Shown here piece by piece: positions 1 through 11,046 of a stretch of 64,000 nucleotides of DNA. Both the position numbers and the translations under genes were made by a program. Position 1 is the stretch's first letter, and each line of letters begins with the position of its first letter. The stretch spans positions 3,000-66,999 of the forward strand of contig JAZUNA010000041.1 of assembly GCA_045603905.1 (NCBI GenBank), written 5' to 3'. Below the pieces are notes generated by a model. The model was not told where the DNA came from. It worked only from the letters and a program-made list of their open reading frames with translations, and did no database searches. The stretch is from Oxalobacter sp. Lineage in GTDB: Bacteria; Pseudomonadota; Gammaproteobacteria; Burkholderiales; Burkholderiaceae_D.

Positions 1-130
1 AGGAAAAAAAGATGGGCAACACGAAGCAAAAAACGCCTGAAATCAGGAAAACGTTTTATATAAAAAGTTGTTGATCTATCTAATATTTTCACTTCTGCAT
101 TATCACATAAAATGATGTTTCTTTGCAGAA

Positions 131-167
131 ATAAACCCAACCTTGTATTGAACCAGGTTGGGTTTAT
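131..167 (-). terminator. Intrinsic terminator-like hairpin downstream of TolC gene
   Basis: ATAAACCCAACCT (131-143) / AGGTTGGGTTTAT (155-167), a perfect 13-bp inverted repeat 27 nt after the stop codon. Confidence 0.75.
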
Positions 168-194
168 AAAGATTATTTGAAACTAATTAATAAA

Positions 195-1673
195 TTACTC
201 GGAAGCCATACCTGCTTGTGTTCCCATATCTGTTTCTGGAACTAAAGCTGCTTCATCAGCAGAATCAGTTTGTGCTGCTTCATTGGTTTCTGCAGGAATT
301 TGTTTTAATGTTTCTTTGTAATCACTACGAGTCCAAGGATTTGTCCATCCAACTCGTTGGGTAGCATCAGTATCTACTAAGTGTTGTACACCAAGTGAAT
401 CAAGTAAACGTCCCATATCTGCCATTAGACGATAACCAGCAAAAAGCTCTAAATACTGACCATTTACGTATTCCACTGTAGCTGTATAGTATTCGTTTTC
501 TGTATCTAATAAGTCAATCAGAGTACGTTGACCAATTGAAAATTGCAAAGTATAAGCATCACGGGTTGCTAATGCTGAATCAACGTGTTGTTTTAAACTT
601 GGTAAACGTTCCCGAACGGAGGTGAGGGTGTTCCAAGAAAGTGCCGTACTTTGGTCGAGCTGCATTAAAGTACGTTTGTTGATTTCCATAGCTTGATAAG
701 AAAGTTGTTTAGTTTCTCCTAAACGAGCCATATCAGCTCCACCACGGAAAAGATTCCAACGCATTCTTAACATCAGGTAACGATCATCATTTGGACCTCT
801 GACACCACCAGTGTTGTCATACATGGTGTTACCAGCTTCCACATCAAAACGAGGCCCAAAGGGTGATTTTGCTGCATGATATTGCGCATTTGCTTCTTCA
901 ACCTCTGCTTTAGATTGTTTATATAAAGGGTTGTTCTCATGGGCAATATCAAGTGCTGCGTCCAAGTTGGCAGGCATTAAAACATCAGCAGGCATTTGAG
1001 GTTGCACCAGCACATCTGGATATTTTCCGGTATAACGCTGATAGGCAATTTCAACATCTCTTAGATTGGCTTCAGCAGAAAGCAGGTTGGATTTTGCTAG
1101 TGCTAAACGGGCTTCTGCTTGATCTAAATCAGAACGACGTCCAACGCCACTTTCAGCACGCATATGAATTTGATCGTAGGTTTTTTGGTGGTTATCTAAG
1201 TTTTCTTGTGTCAGTCGTACGGTTTCTCTCATTCTGAGAACATCCAAATAGGCTTCAACGACCAATAAAGCAATGGATTCAGATGTTCCGGCAACCTTAT
1301 GCGCAGCTGCTTGCATCCGAGCCTTATTTCGCTCAACTTCAAAATAAGTTCCAAATGTTTGGAAAATATTCCATTGAGCAGTTAGGGATTTTTCCCTACG
1401 AGTCATGTAGTCGCTCCAAACACCTTCCGTATTACTATTTCTAGCTTTTTCTCGTCCGTAACCCCAACCAGCATCCAAACTTGGTAAGTATCCGCTGTAA
1501 GCACCAATCAATGCTTCATCAACAGCACGACGTGCTCTTACATCCATTGCTATATCTGGATTATTTTTGATAGTGTGATCGACAATGGCAGACAAGGTTG
1601 TTTGAGCATACGATACAGCTGAGGCAACAGCCAAGAGACAACCTGCTGCTATAAGGGAAGGGCGAAATTTCAT
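195..1673 (-). CDS. TolC-family outer membrane protein of a type I secretion system (LapE/AggA type)
   Basis: Signal peptide MKFRPSLIAAGCLLAVASAVSYA; OEP repeats (YLPSLD, EAYLDVL, GVGRRSDLDQAEAR, QFSIGQRTLIDLLDTENE); adjacent to an RTX adhesin. ATG at 1673 chosen over the ORF-track start at 1679. Confidence 0.92.
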   Translation of the reverse strand: MKFRPSLIAAGCLLAVASAVSYAQTTLSAIVDHTIKNNPDIAMDVRARRAVDEALIGAYSGYLPSLDAGWGYGREKARNSNTEGVWSDYMTRREKSLTAQWNIFQTFGTYFEVERNKARMQAAAHKVAGTSESIALLVVEAYLDVLRMRETVRLTQENLDNHQKTYDQIHMRAESGVGRRSDLDQAEARLALAKSNLLSAEANLRDVEIAYQRYTGKYPDVLVQPQMPADVLMPANLDAALDIAHENNPLYKQSKAEVEEANAQYHAAKSPFGPRFDVEAGNTMYDNTGGVRGPNDDRYLMLRMRWNLFRGGADMARLGETKQLSYQAMEINKRTLMQLDQSTALSWNTLTSVRERLPSLKQHVDSALATRDAYTLQFSIGQRTLIDLLDTENEYYTATVEYVNGQYLELFAGYRLMADMGRLLDSLGVQHLVDTDATQRVGWTNPWTRSDYKETLKQIPAETNEAAQTDSADEAALVPETDMGTQAGMASE

Positions 1674-1806
1674 AATCACTCTCTTTTTATGAAATATATG
1701 GACAAGAAAACTTGAAACTTATCAAGTTGTTAAGTTAAAAATTATTTTAATAAAAATTAAAAACATGAGCAATTTTGCATCGTAAATATGTTGTTTTTTT
1801 TTACAA

Positions 1807-1837
1807 AAAAAAGGAACACATTGTGTGTTCCTTTTTT
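1807..1837. terminator. Bidirectional intrinsic terminator after the adhesin gene
   Basis: AAAAAAGGAACACA-ttg-TGTGTTCCTTTTTT. Confidence 0.85.
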
Positions 1838-1860
1838 AAAATAATTATCAAAATTCTTTT

Positions 1861-4800
1861 TTAGAATTTGATTGCATCATTTTGGATTAATTGATTCATC
1901 AGTTCTTGAGCATGATTATTTGCATCGCTACCTAATGAAACACCATCCATTGTGATGGTTGCGAGTTGTTTGAAAGATTCACCACCAGTTGCACCGTTTT
2001 GATCAATGCTTAGTGTGACAACTGCTTTTCCTTCTTCAACTTGCTGGACTTCCAGTTTGATGAATTGATCCAATGTTTCTTGAGTTGCTCCTGTTAATAC
2101 ATCGGAGAGATCCAAAATGTCAGCATTGCTATCAGTATCAACTTCTCCAAGATGGAAGTCACTAATGATGTCATTTTGATCATCTAGTGATTCCGGAGTG
2201 AATTTGAAAGTATCACTGCCATCTCCACCTGTTAAGTAGTTTTCGCCAGCACTGCCAACTAGGATGTCATTACCTTCGCCTCCAACTAGAATGTCGTTGC
2301 CAGCACCACCAGATAATGTGTCATCACCTTCGCCACCGTAAAGTTCATCATTTCCGGTTCCGCCATCAAGGATATCATTACCTTCTCCACCAGAGAGATT
2401 ATCGTTGCCATCATCACCTATGAGTGTGTCATTACCGATACCACCATCAAGGATGTCATTGCCATCTCCACTGGAAAGGTTATCATCGCCTCCATCGCCG
2501 TAAAGTTTGTCATTACCACTTCCACCATCAAGGATATCATTACCAGCACCACCGGAAAGAGTGTCATCATTATTTCCGCCGGAAAGATAATCATTGCCGC
2601 TTCCTCCTTCTAAAGTATCTTGACCATCTCCGCCGTAAAGCTTATCGTCTCCTCCGTCTCCGTCAAGCTTATCATCACCTTTTTCTCCGTAAAGGGTATC
2701 ATTTCCTATTCCGCTGGAAATAATATCATCGCCATCTCCGCCAGAAAGGTAGTCGTTGCCAGCACCACCAGAAATCGTATCATTACCAGCTAGCCCTAAT
2801 ATGGCGTCGTTTTCGTTAGTTCCTAGCAATTGATCATTTTCATTTGTGCCTTCTCTCAGATTGGAGAAATTGATGTCTGTATTGACGCTGATGAACGATG
2901 AAACAGTGTCTCCATCATAATCTGTTCCCTCAAAATACAAGGAAAGATTTTTTCCTGATTGCAGTTTGAATATTTTGTATTGCAGGTAATCCCATTGACC
3001 ATATTTATTCAGATAAGCTTCAAAAACAACTTCGTTTCCAATCTTACCAGTGATCTTATTGCCGTCATTATTTACATCCAATACTAAGTTACCTTGATCG
3101 GTTACATAAGTCGTTTTATTTTTATCTGAATCGAATTTCAGCGTATCAAGTACCAGTAAGTCTGCGCCAAGAGTTCCAACTTCACCAGATAAATTTCCAT
3201 GAATGTAACTTATAGGCTCTCTGGTTTTGAATGTAATTGCATTGAGAACGAAGTCACTATCATTATTGGTTGCTGTATCAAAAGCAGCCAGAACTATTTT
3301 GTCAAATCCTGTATCCAGTGTGAATGTGGCAGCATCTCGACCACTGTCTTGTTTGGATTCTTGAGTGACAGTTGCAACGAGTTGTCCATCTCTATAAAGA
3401 TTAATTGTTGCCCATTCATTATGAGCATCTCCAGCTGAGCCTGCTAAATAGATTAAATTCAGATCAAGATCTGCACCAAAGGCAAGTTTTCCGCCTAGAT
3501 CAATTACTATTGCTTCAGATGTTCGTTCTCCGTTTTCCCAAATATGGTCTAACTCCATATGTTCGTCATACATAACACCAAGACCGTATCCACCTGCTTT
3601 ATAGGCATTAACGAGTGCATTGTTATAAGCTGATGAGTCATCAATGCTTGTAATTTCTTTATTGGCGTTTAGATAAACTTTAGCTGAAGTAATAGTAAGA
3701 CCTGCTTTGGCATCAACATCAGAGGCATTGAATTTTGTCCATAACTCATCATTATTTTCTGAATACCGATTACTGTTACCACCAAATTGAATCTTATCTG
3801 AATAAGAGTAAAGTAAAGTGGCATCATTTACATCCATGACTTCACCACTGATACCTTTTTCCGTAAATAAAAGCGTGTCGTCTTCAACATTAACTGTTAA
3901 GGTGCTATTAACAAAATTGCCTTGTGAATCTGTAATGGTATATTTGAAATCAAGGTTTAAGGTATCTGTACCATCATGTTTTAAAGGCGCTAATAATTGA
4001 ACTTGGATGCTATTTTCAGCATTCGGGTCATATGTTACGACTAGGACAGGAGTATTTAAAGAATCAACATAGCCTGTTATAACTGTACCATCAACGTGCC
4101 ATTTTACGTCAGACCAATTACCTGATACAGGATTGCCGTTGCTAATTGTATCTATCTTTGCTTGAATGTTTTGTGGTAATGTCGCTTCATTCCAAACAAA
4201 AGAATCAGATGAAGCAGGACCGAAACTACCATAGTCAACTCCCAGGTCTCCTTTATAAATGGTCAGTCCGAAGTCGTTTTCAACGTACGAAGTACCAAAA
4301 GTCAGATCTTTTTCTTCCAGATTAACTGTCAAATTAGAACCTGGGCTGTCAGTAGTTATGCTTGGTAGGGTATTTTTCTCAATTGCAATGATAAGAGTTG
4401 CTGTATCTTGGTCAGCATCTCGATCTGTAATAGTGTAATCTACTTGGATTTCTCCTCCCAGTTCTTTATCAGTTGGGCGAGTATATGCGTAGCTACCATC
4501 AGCATTTAATTCGAGAGTTCCGTATGTGTTGTCATCATTATCAACCAAAATGCCATCATCTCTAAGCATTAATTTGGTGTTTACTCCTTCATATGCATAG
4601 GTAATTGTTGTGTCCCATGTGACAGAAGGAACAGCTGATTGATCTGCACCAAGAGTATCCGCATCTCCAGAATTACCACTTTGGGAGATTTCTACTCCAG
4701 TATCTTTTTTTACACCTTCGATATCGTATTCACCAGTAAGAACGCTACCGTCTGCTGTAATGTATGATTCGCCGAGATCGATATTATCGTCTGTTGCATC

Positions 4801-6744
4801 TGTAATATCATCAATAACATCAATTGTTAGTGAACTGGAATCAGTTTTTCCAGACTCAGCAGATACAGCAATTTCCCAATTTTCGACATCATCAGCAATA
4901 TTTTTTGCATTTGCGTCTTCGTGATCGGTAGGATTTTTATGCTCATATTTAAAGGAAAGAGTCCAGGAACCTTCTGCATTTTGTGTTACTTGTGCATTGG
5001 TTAAAATTCCTTTATTTCCATCAACGGATGTAAATCCGTCAAGAGTGCCATCTGAATTAACATTGTAGGTTTTTCCAGCAATAGTAAGTGTTGCAAAACC
5101 ATTGTTAGATTCCACTGTGAATGTCAAATCATAAACTGGGTTGATACCTGATGTGTTGTAAGAACCATTTTGTAACCAAGCTTCATCGATTAACCAACTT
5201 TCTCCATTAGCTTCAAGTGTTGGATTTTGAGGAGGAGTATCACCACCAGGAGGATTTTCTCCTTCTGGTAAATCAGGAACAATGGTAATCCATGTGTATT
5301 TTGCGACATCAATTGTTAGTGTTGCATTACTTAAATCATTGTCTGTATCTGAAATTTGATAGTTCAGTTCAATTTGACCACCCATTACTCGATCAATTGG
5401 ACGTTCATAGATATAAGAACCATCGTCCTTTAGAGTCAGAGTACCATAGTGATCACCTGACTTATCATAGAGGATATTATCAGCACCAATGGTTAATTCA
5501 ATTTCAGTCCCATTGTCTGGTGTATAGGTAATTTTTGTACCCCAAGTAACTTCTTGATTTGTAGGAATATCCGCACCAAAAGTATCGGCGTTTCCACTAG
5601 ATCCAGTTGAAGTATCATTATTTAGATCTTTAATAGCATATTCACCAGTTAAAACGCTGCCTTCTACACTCATTTGAGCAGGAGGGCTGTCATCACCATT
5701 TAACTTGACTGCGTCATCATAAGCCATTGAAATATCATCGATAACATCAATGGTCAGTGTAGTGGAAGCTGTAATTCCAGACATGGTATGAACAGTCAAT
5801 CCCCAATTTTCTACATCATCGGCAATATTTTGTGCATTACCATCATCATGATCAGTTGGGATTTTGTGTTCATATTTGAAAGAGAGTACCCATGCATTAT
5901 CTCCATTTGAAGCAACACGAGCATCTGTTAAAGAACCATTATTTCCATCGATTGATGTAAATCCATTAAGAGAGCCATCACTACTAATAGCATAGGTATT
6001 TCCACCAATAGTAATAGCAACAAAACCATTATTGGAAGCTACAGCAAACGAAAGGTCGTAAACGGGATTATTATCAGAAGTGTTGTAAGAACCATTTTGC
6101 AGCCAAGCTTCATTGATAAGCCAGCTTTGTCCATTTACATCAAGTGTTGGTCCACTAGGAGGGGTATCACCACCGTCTGGAGGGTTTGCCCCTGGTGGTG
6201 GAAGAATTGGTTCGATCGTAATCCAATTGTTGAAAAGTCCCGTGTATTCTTGTGGATCCTGAATAGGATTTCCAAATGTACCTGTATCAAATCCAGGTGT
6301 TAATTGTCCTCGTGCTGCAAGTTGTTCAACAACAACGAAGCTAGCACCTTCTTGGGCACCTCCATCACCACCACCAGGACCAGCTGCCGCAGCTTCAAGC
6401 AGTGCAGTTGGATCTTCACCTTTTGCAATAGCTTCTTCAATTTGCTGTTGCAGTTTTTCTATGTTCTGATCGTTTTGTTCTTGGTTTTGTTTATTCTGAT
6501 TCGTTGTTTTTGCAGCAGAAGCAATTTCAGTCAAAGTAGCTTGATCTAGTGTCAGACTACTACCGCTACCTAATGTGGCAAATCCATTGTTGTTAAAATC
6601 AATGTGAACGTTGGAACCTGTTGCTGTTTTAATGGTTTCATTATCAGCAACTCTATCTCCAACTTTTAAAATACGTACATTACCACGTGGATCTGTTGCT
6701 GTAACTTCTCCATTAAGTGCTTTGACGATGCCTACTGCTGCCAT
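1861..6744 (-). CDS. Retention-module RTX adhesin (LapA/BapA-like T1SS substrate)
   Basis: N-terminal retention module ([13 protein letters not shown]...[23 protein letters not shown]); two ~311-aa acidic Ig-like repeats; a long run of GGxGxDxLx nonapeptides; C-terminal T1SS target domain (DIISDF...DILDLSDVL). Confidence 0.92.
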   Translation of the reverse strand: MAAVGIVKALNGEVTATDPRGNVRILKVGDRVADNETIKTATGSNVHIDFNNNGFATLGSGSSLTLDQATLTEIASAAKTTNQNKQNQEQNDQNIEKLQQQIEEAIAKGEDPTALLEAAAAGPGGGDGGAQEGASFVVVEQLAARGQLTPGFDTGTFGNPIQDPQEYTGLFNNWITIEPILPPPGANPPDGGDTPPSGPTLDVNGQSWLINEAWLQNGSYNTSDNNPVYDLSFAVASNNGFVAITIGGNTYAISSDGSLNGFTSIDGNNGSLTDARVASNGDNAWVLSFKYEHKIPTDHDDGNAQNIADDVENWGLTVHTMSGITASTTLTIDVIDDISMAYDDAVKLNGDDSPPAQMSVEGSVLTGEYAIKDLNNDTSTGSSGNADTFGADIPTNQEVTWGTKITYTPDNGTEIELTIGADNILYDKSGDHYGTLTLKDDGSYIYERPIDRVMGGQIELNYQISDTDNDLSNATLTIDVAKYTWITIVPDLPEGENPPGGDTPPQNPTLEANGESWLIDEAWLQNGSYNTSGINPVYDLTFTVESNNGFATLTIAGKTYNVNSDGTLDGFTSVDGNKGILTNAQVTQNAEGSWTLSFKYEHKNPTDHEDANAKNIADDVENWEIAVSAESGKTDSSSLTIDVIDDITDATDDNIDLGESYITADGSVLTGEYDIEGVKKDTGVEISQSGNSGDADTLGADQSAVPSVTWDTTITYAYEGVNTKLMLRDDGILVDNDDNTYGTLELNADGSYAYTRPTDKELGGEIQVDYTITDRDADQDTATLIIAIEKNTLPSITTDSPGSNLTVNLEEKDLTFGTSYVENDFGLTIYKGDLGVDYGSFGPASSDSFVWNEATLPQNIQAKIDTISNGNPVSGNWSDVKWHVDGTVITGYVDSLNTPVLVVTYDPNAENSIQVQLLAPLKHDGTDTLNLDFKYTITDSQGNFVNSTLTVNVEDDTLLFTEKGISGEVMDVNDATLLYSYSDKIQFGGNSNRYSENNDELWTKFNASDVDAKAGLTITSAKVYLNANKEITSIDDSSAYNNALVNAYKAGGYGLGVMYDEHMELDHIWENGERTSEAIVIDLGGKLAFGADLDLNLIYLAGSAGDAHNEWATINLYRDGQLVATVTQESKQDSGRDAATFTLDTGFDKIVLAAFDTATNNDSDFVLNAITFKTREPISYIHGNLSGEVGTLGADLLVLDTLKFDSDKNKTTYVTDQGNLVLDVNNDGNKITGKIGNEVVFEAYLNKYGQWDYLQYKIFKLQSGKNLSLYFEGTDYDGDTVSSFISVNTDINFSNLREGTNENDQLLGTNENDAILGLAGNDTISGGAGNDYLSGGDGDDIISSGIGNDTLYGEKGDDKLDGDGGDDKLYGGDGQDTLEGGSGNDYLSGGNNDDTLSGGAGNDILDGGSGNDKLYGDGGDDNLSSGDGNDILDGGIGNDTLIGDDGNDNLSGGEGNDILDGGTGNDELYGGEGDDTLSGGAGNDILVGGEGNDILVGSAGENYLTGGDGSDTFKFTPESLDDQNDIISDFHLGEVDTDSNADILDLSDVLTGATQETLDQFIKLEVQQVEEGKAVVTLSIDQNGATGGESFKQLATITMDGVSLGSDANNHAQELMNQLIQNDAIKF
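2240..2830 (-). repeat. RTX Ca2+-binding nonapeptide tandem array
   Basis: About 20 consecutive GG(A/D/S/E)G(N/D)D-x-L units in the translation, with a 27-nt period in the DNA; ends approximate. Confidence 0.92.
4370..6225 (-). repeat. Two diverged ~933-nt internal repeats in the adhesin
   Basis: WITI..PPxGDTPP..[17 protein letters not shown]..[25 protein letters not shown] occurs twice; the Trp codons at 6225 and 5292 give a 933-nt period. Confidence 0.88.
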
Positions 6745-7103
6745 AGTTTATCTCCCAGTTCTTTTTGCAAAAAACAAACCTTTTAATTCTTATATCAGTG
6801 CAGTTTATTAAAGGAAGAAAGTATTGAAAATTGTACTTTGGTACTATTTTTGCGTTTTTAATCTTTAAATAGATTTTTATATGTGGTTTGCAGTATTAAT
6901 TCACAGAAAAATAAACGATTAGTTAATACAAGTTTTTAAAATAGTGGTTTTAAAAATAGCAAGAGCTTGTCAACCAGAGTATATTTTCATTCGTTAAGAA
7001 AATGATTTAAATGAACGGATTCTGTTCAAAGAATAATAATAAAAAAGAAGAACAGATATATGTAGTGGAATAAACAAAGTTTTTATTTATATGTAGACAG
7101 GAT

Positions 7104-9128
7104 ATGAAAGTTTTTAATGCGCTTCATAATGCAATGATTGGTAACAAAAAATTTATTTCCATTTTCGCTGTTGTCGTGTTTTCTCTTCTTGTAGCCGTAC
7201 AAACAGAGGCAAAAACACCTTCATTTATTACATTGAGTTATCACGATATTGTTCCTGTTCTTGATGAACATGCTTTTGTTGATGCTGCACCAGTTCCTCA
7301 GTCAGAATTGAAAGAGCAATTTGATTGGCTTCGTGACAATGGTTATACAGTTGTTAGCTTAAAGGATGTTTTAAAGGCAAAACAAAATGGAACAGATTTG
7401 CCACCTAAGTCTGTTTTACTTACCTTTGATGATGGGTATCGCAGTTTTTATGAAATTGTGTATCCCATGTTGCAGTCATATGGATATACGGCAACTTTAG
7501 CATTGGAAACATCTTGGCTTGAAACGCCTGAGAACGCATGGGTAGATTATGGAGGCAGAAAACTTCTTCCTCGTTCTTTTTTTCTGAGTTGGGAACAAAT
7601 CAAAGAAATGGCTGATTCGGGAACGGTTGATTTAGCTTCTCATACTCACGATTTGCACAAAGGGCATATAGGTAATCCGCAAAGAATTATGTTACCGGCT
7701 GGAGCCCATAGATTGTATGATCCAAAAACAAATTCATACGAATCAATTTCCAAATTCAAAAAAAGAGTTCAAAAAGATTTGGCTCGTTCTTCTCAAATTA
7801 TTTATAAAAACACAGGTTATCGTCCAAAAATTGTCATGTGGCCTTATGGTCGATATAACAAAGTTGGTGTCCAGGCAGCAATGGATGCCGGATATGAATT
7901 AACAGCATCTTTGGCTTTTTTTGCTGATTGGCCAACCATTCCAAGACTCATGATTCATAAAGGATTCAACTTGCCTGAAATGATACAAAAAGTAGAGGCA
8001 GGGGCTATGGGGGGAAGCACAGCGTACAGTCGTCGTAATGCGTTAGCTCAACTTCCTGGATCTACTGAATCTGCTATTCCTCCACAAAGAGTTATGCATG
8101 TTGATATTGACATGATTTATGACACGGATCAGAAGCAGTTAAATAAAAATATTACTGCTTTGCTAGATCGCGTAAGAGAAGCCAACATTAATGTTGTTTA
8201 TCTACAAGCGTATGCTGATCCGGATGGAAATGGTACAACAGATGCACTTTATTTCCCAAATCGTCATCTTCCAATGAGAGCTGATTTATTTAATTATCTC
8301 TCTTGGCAATTAACAACCTTATTTAGATGTGAAGTGTATGCTTGGCTGCCGGTTTTAGGTTTTGATTTACCTAATCGTCCTATTGTAGAGGCAGTTTCTG
8401 AAGACAAAATTGGTAGTGTCTATACACGTTTGACGCCATTTGATGAAAGTAATAAACAAGTTATCAAAGAAATTTATCAAGACTTGGCTAGTCATGCTTA
8501 TTTTGCCGGAATCATTTTCCATGACGATGCGATCATGGGAGATTATGAAGATGTCAGTCCAGAGGGTAAAGCTTGGATGAGAAGTCTTGGTTTACCAGAT
8601 GATCCGGAAGTGATTAGAAAAGATGCTAAATTGATGCATAAGTTTTCAAGAGCGAAAAGTCGTGTATTGATTGATTTTACGAAGGAATTGCAAGCAGCTG
8701 TTGAAACATGGCATCCACCGGTTTATACAGCTCGTAATATGTATGCGCCTCCTATTTTGACACCTCAGGCAGAGGAATGGATGGCACAGAACTTAGATGA
8801 TTTTTTGACAACTTACGACTTTACTGGTTTGGAAGCCATGCCATTTATGGAAGGAGCTGCTGATTGGCATGAAAAATGGATGGAAGAGCTGATTTTAAAA
8901 GTGGCAGAACATCCTTTGGGCTTACGTAAAACTGTTTTTGAATTGCAAGCAAAAGATTGGCGTCCTGATAATTTACGTCCAATGCCAAACGAAATTATGG
9001 CTAAACAAATGCAGAAATTATTGAAACATGGAGCTGTTAATTTTGGTTACTATCCAGATGATCCAATTTTAGGACATCCTAATATTAGTATTATTTATCC
9101 TTATTTTTCGATACAACATAACCCTTGA
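7104..9128 (+). CDS. pgaB: PNAG deacetylase/hydrolase (CE4 + GH153)
   Basis: YHD, LTFDDG and SHTHDLH CE4 motifs; HVDID, YFPNRHLPMRADLFN, FHDDA, AMPFME and GYYPDD GH153 motifs. Confidence 0.95.
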   Translation: MKVFNALHNAMIGNKKFISIFAVVVFSLLVAVQTEAKTPSFITLSYHDIVPVLDEHAFVDAAPVPQSELKEQFDWLRDNGYTVVSLKDVLKAKQNGTDLPPKSVLLTFDDGYRSFYEIVYPMLQSYGYTATLALETSWLETPENAWVDYGGRKLLPRSFFLSWEQIKEMADSGTVDLASHTHDLHKGHIGNPQRIMLPAGAHRLYDPKTNSYESISKFKKRVQKDLARSSQIIYKNTGYRPKIVMWPYGRYNKVGVQAAMDAGYELTASLAFFADWPTIPRLMIHKGFNLPEMIQKVEAGAMGGSTAYSRRNALAQLPGSTESAIPPQRVMHVDIDMIYDTDQKQLNKNITALLDRVREANINVVYLQAYADPDGNGTTDALYFPNRHLPMRADLFNYLSWQLTTLFRCEVYAWLPVLGFDLPNRPIVEAVSEDKIGSVYTRLTPFDESNKQVIKEIYQDLASHAYFAGIIFHDDAIMGDYEDVSPEGKAWMRSLGLPDDPEVIRKDAKLMHKFSRAKSRVLIDFTKELQAAVETWHPPVYTARNMYAPPILTPQAEEWMAQNLDDFLTTYDFTGLEAMPFMEGAADWHEKWMEELILKVAEHPLGLRKTVFELQAKDWRPDNLRPMPNEIMAKQMQKLLKHGAVNFGYYPDDPILGHPNISIIYPYFSIQHNP

Positions 9129-9155
9129 TGAGAAGAAGAAAGTAATAAAAAAGAT

Positions 9156-10430
9156 ATGTTATCCGGTCTACTAGAGTTTCTCTTTGACTTTGCTTTCTTT
9201 TACCCTTTACTGATGTCCTATTTATGGATGACAGGGGCGTTGCTTTACTATTTTCGTTATGAAAGAGGGGATTTTACTTATACAGATCCCCCAAAATTGC
9301 CTGAGTATCCATTAGTTTCAATCTTGGTTCCTTGCTATAACGAATCATCAAATGTAATCGAGACATTTACAGCTTTGGCGGATATGCATTATCCGAATTA
9401 CGAAGTTTTAGCTATTAATGACGGAAGTTCAGACGATACAGGAGTCCAATTAGAAGAATTAGCAAAAAAGATTCCTCGGTTAAGAGTAGTGCAGTTAGCA
9501 ACAAATCAAGGAAAAGCCGTTGCATTAAAAGCAGGAACTTTAGCGGCAAAAGGGGAGTTTTTAGTATGTATTGATGGTGATGCTGTTTTGGATCATTATG
9601 CGGTTACCTGGATAATGAATCATTTTGTACATCATCCACGTGTTGGAGCCGTAACAGGAAATCCACGTATCAGAACTCGAAGTACACTCCTTGGACGAAT
9701 TCAGGTTGGAGAATTTTCAGCTATTGTTGGGTTATTAAAACGGGCGCAAAGAATTTATGGCCGTATTTTTACGATTTCAGGTGTCATTGGTGCTTATAGA
9801 AGACGAGCTCTGCATTCGATCGGATACTGGAATGAGCTCACTATTACTGAAGATATTGATGTGAGTTGGCGACTTCAATTGAAACATTGGGATGTCAGAT
9901 TTGAACCTCATGCACTTTGTTGGATTTTAATGCCGGAAACCATACTTGGTCTTTTTAAACAACGATTAAGATGGGCTGTAGGAGGCGGCGAAGCATTCAA
10001 AAATTATTGTCATTATTTATTTAGATGGCGTGAGAGGCGTTTTTGGGCAATATTTTTTGAATATATTTGCAGTGTTACATGGAGTTATTCCATTTTGTTT
10101 CTCGTGCTCTTAGCAGTACTTGGCATGTTTATTAATCTTCCTATTGAAATAGCGGATCCGTTTTTTTCATTTAGATCAACAGGACTTATTTTAGGTTTTA
10201 CCTGCTTATTGCAATTTGCTGTTTGTTTCTTCATGGATAGAAGATATGACCGCAACTTAGGTGGCATTTATTTAGCAACAATCTGGTATCCATTATTTTA
10301 TTGGGTACTGAACTGGATCGTTTCTCTGATAGCTTTTCCAAAGGCCATGTTTTTTTCTTCAGGGAAAAAAAGAGGGCGTTGGCATACTACAGATAGGGGA
10401 ATCCATAGCGATACAAATGAAAATGCATGA
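9156..10430 (+). CDS. pgaC: Poly-beta-1,6-N-acetylglucosamine synthase (GT2)
   Basis: PCYNE, NDGSSD, IDGDA, TGNPRIRTRS, TEDID and QRLRW motifs; C-terminal TM helices. Confidence 0.96.
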   Translation: MLSGLLEFLFDFAFFYPLLMSYLWMTGALLYYFRYERGDFTYTDPPKLPEYPLVSILVPCYNESSNVIETFTALADMHYPNYEVLAINDGSSDDTGVQLEELAKKIPRLRVVQLATNQGKAVALKAGTLAAKGEFLVCIDGDAVLDHYAVTWIMNHFVHHPRVGAVTGNPRIRTRSTLLGRIQVGEFSAIVGLLKRAQRIYGRIFTISGVIGAYRRRALHSIGYWNELTITEDIDVSWRLQLKHWDVRFEPHALCWILMPETILGLFKQRLRWAVGGGEAFKNYCHYLFRWRERRFWAIFFEYICSVTWSYSILFLVLLAVLGMFINLPIEIADPFFSFRSTGLILGFTCLLQFAVCFFMDRRYDRNLGGIYLATIWYPLFYWVLNWIVSLIAFPKAMFFSSGKKRGRWHTTDRGIHSDTNENA

Positions 10431-10460
10431 ATGGGTTAATTAAAATTAATTGGAAAACAA

Positions 10461-11018
10461 ATGCTTATTGATCCAAATAACGTTATAGTTTGCCAAAAGC
10501 ACAAGCAAACGATGAAACAGAAAATGTTGGGCATTTGCTTGCATATTTTGTTTTGGGGAATATTGTTATATATCTTTTTTACATTTCTAGTTGTTTTCGG
10601 ATACTTTTTGGGATATTCATTTTCAAGCCAAATATTTATTGATTATCGGGACATAGAAGTCATTCAAATCGTTATAAAAAGATATTTTCCTTTTATTGGT
10701 ATGGCATGCGGCGTTTTTTTGTTATGGGCTTTATATAACAAAGTTCGTTTTCATGGAAAAAGAAACAGACGTAAAAATCACCCCGCTCCTGTTAGTCTTC
10801 TTGAAGTGGCAAGTACTAGCAAGGTAGACATCGATGAAGTAAAAAATATCCGTCAGGCAAAAGTCATGGTGTGTATGTTTGACGATGATGGCAATATTAT
10901 TAGTGTGAAATGTAAGGAACCCATTCCTCCAATAGAATTAAAAGAAGAAATTTATCTGGATATAGAAATTCCTGTTCCTGAGAAAGAAAAAGAGCTATAT
11001 AACAAAATTTGGGCTTGA
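10461..11018 (+). CDS. pgaD: PNAG biosynthesis protein PgaD
   Basis: Two TM segments, WALYNKVRF motif, C-terminal FDDDGNI; directly after pgaC. Confidence 0.88.
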   Translation: MLIDPNNVIVCQKHKQTMKQKMLGICLHILFWGILLYIFFTFLVVFGYFLGYSFSSQIFIDYRDIEVIQIVIKRYFPFIGMACGVFLLWALYNKVRFHGKRNRRKNHPAPVSLLEVASTSKVDIDEVKNIRQAKVMVCMFDDDGNIISVKCKEPIPPIELKEEIYLDIEIPVPEKEKELYNKIWA

Positions 11019-11046
11019 TAAAAATAAATGAAAAATTACGCTTGTC

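Noticed and set aside
2240-2830. Regular 27-nt periodic repeats as a possible CRISPR array
   Set aside because: They are degenerate in-frame RTX nonapeptide codons with no identical repeat/unique spacer structure, and no cas genes are present
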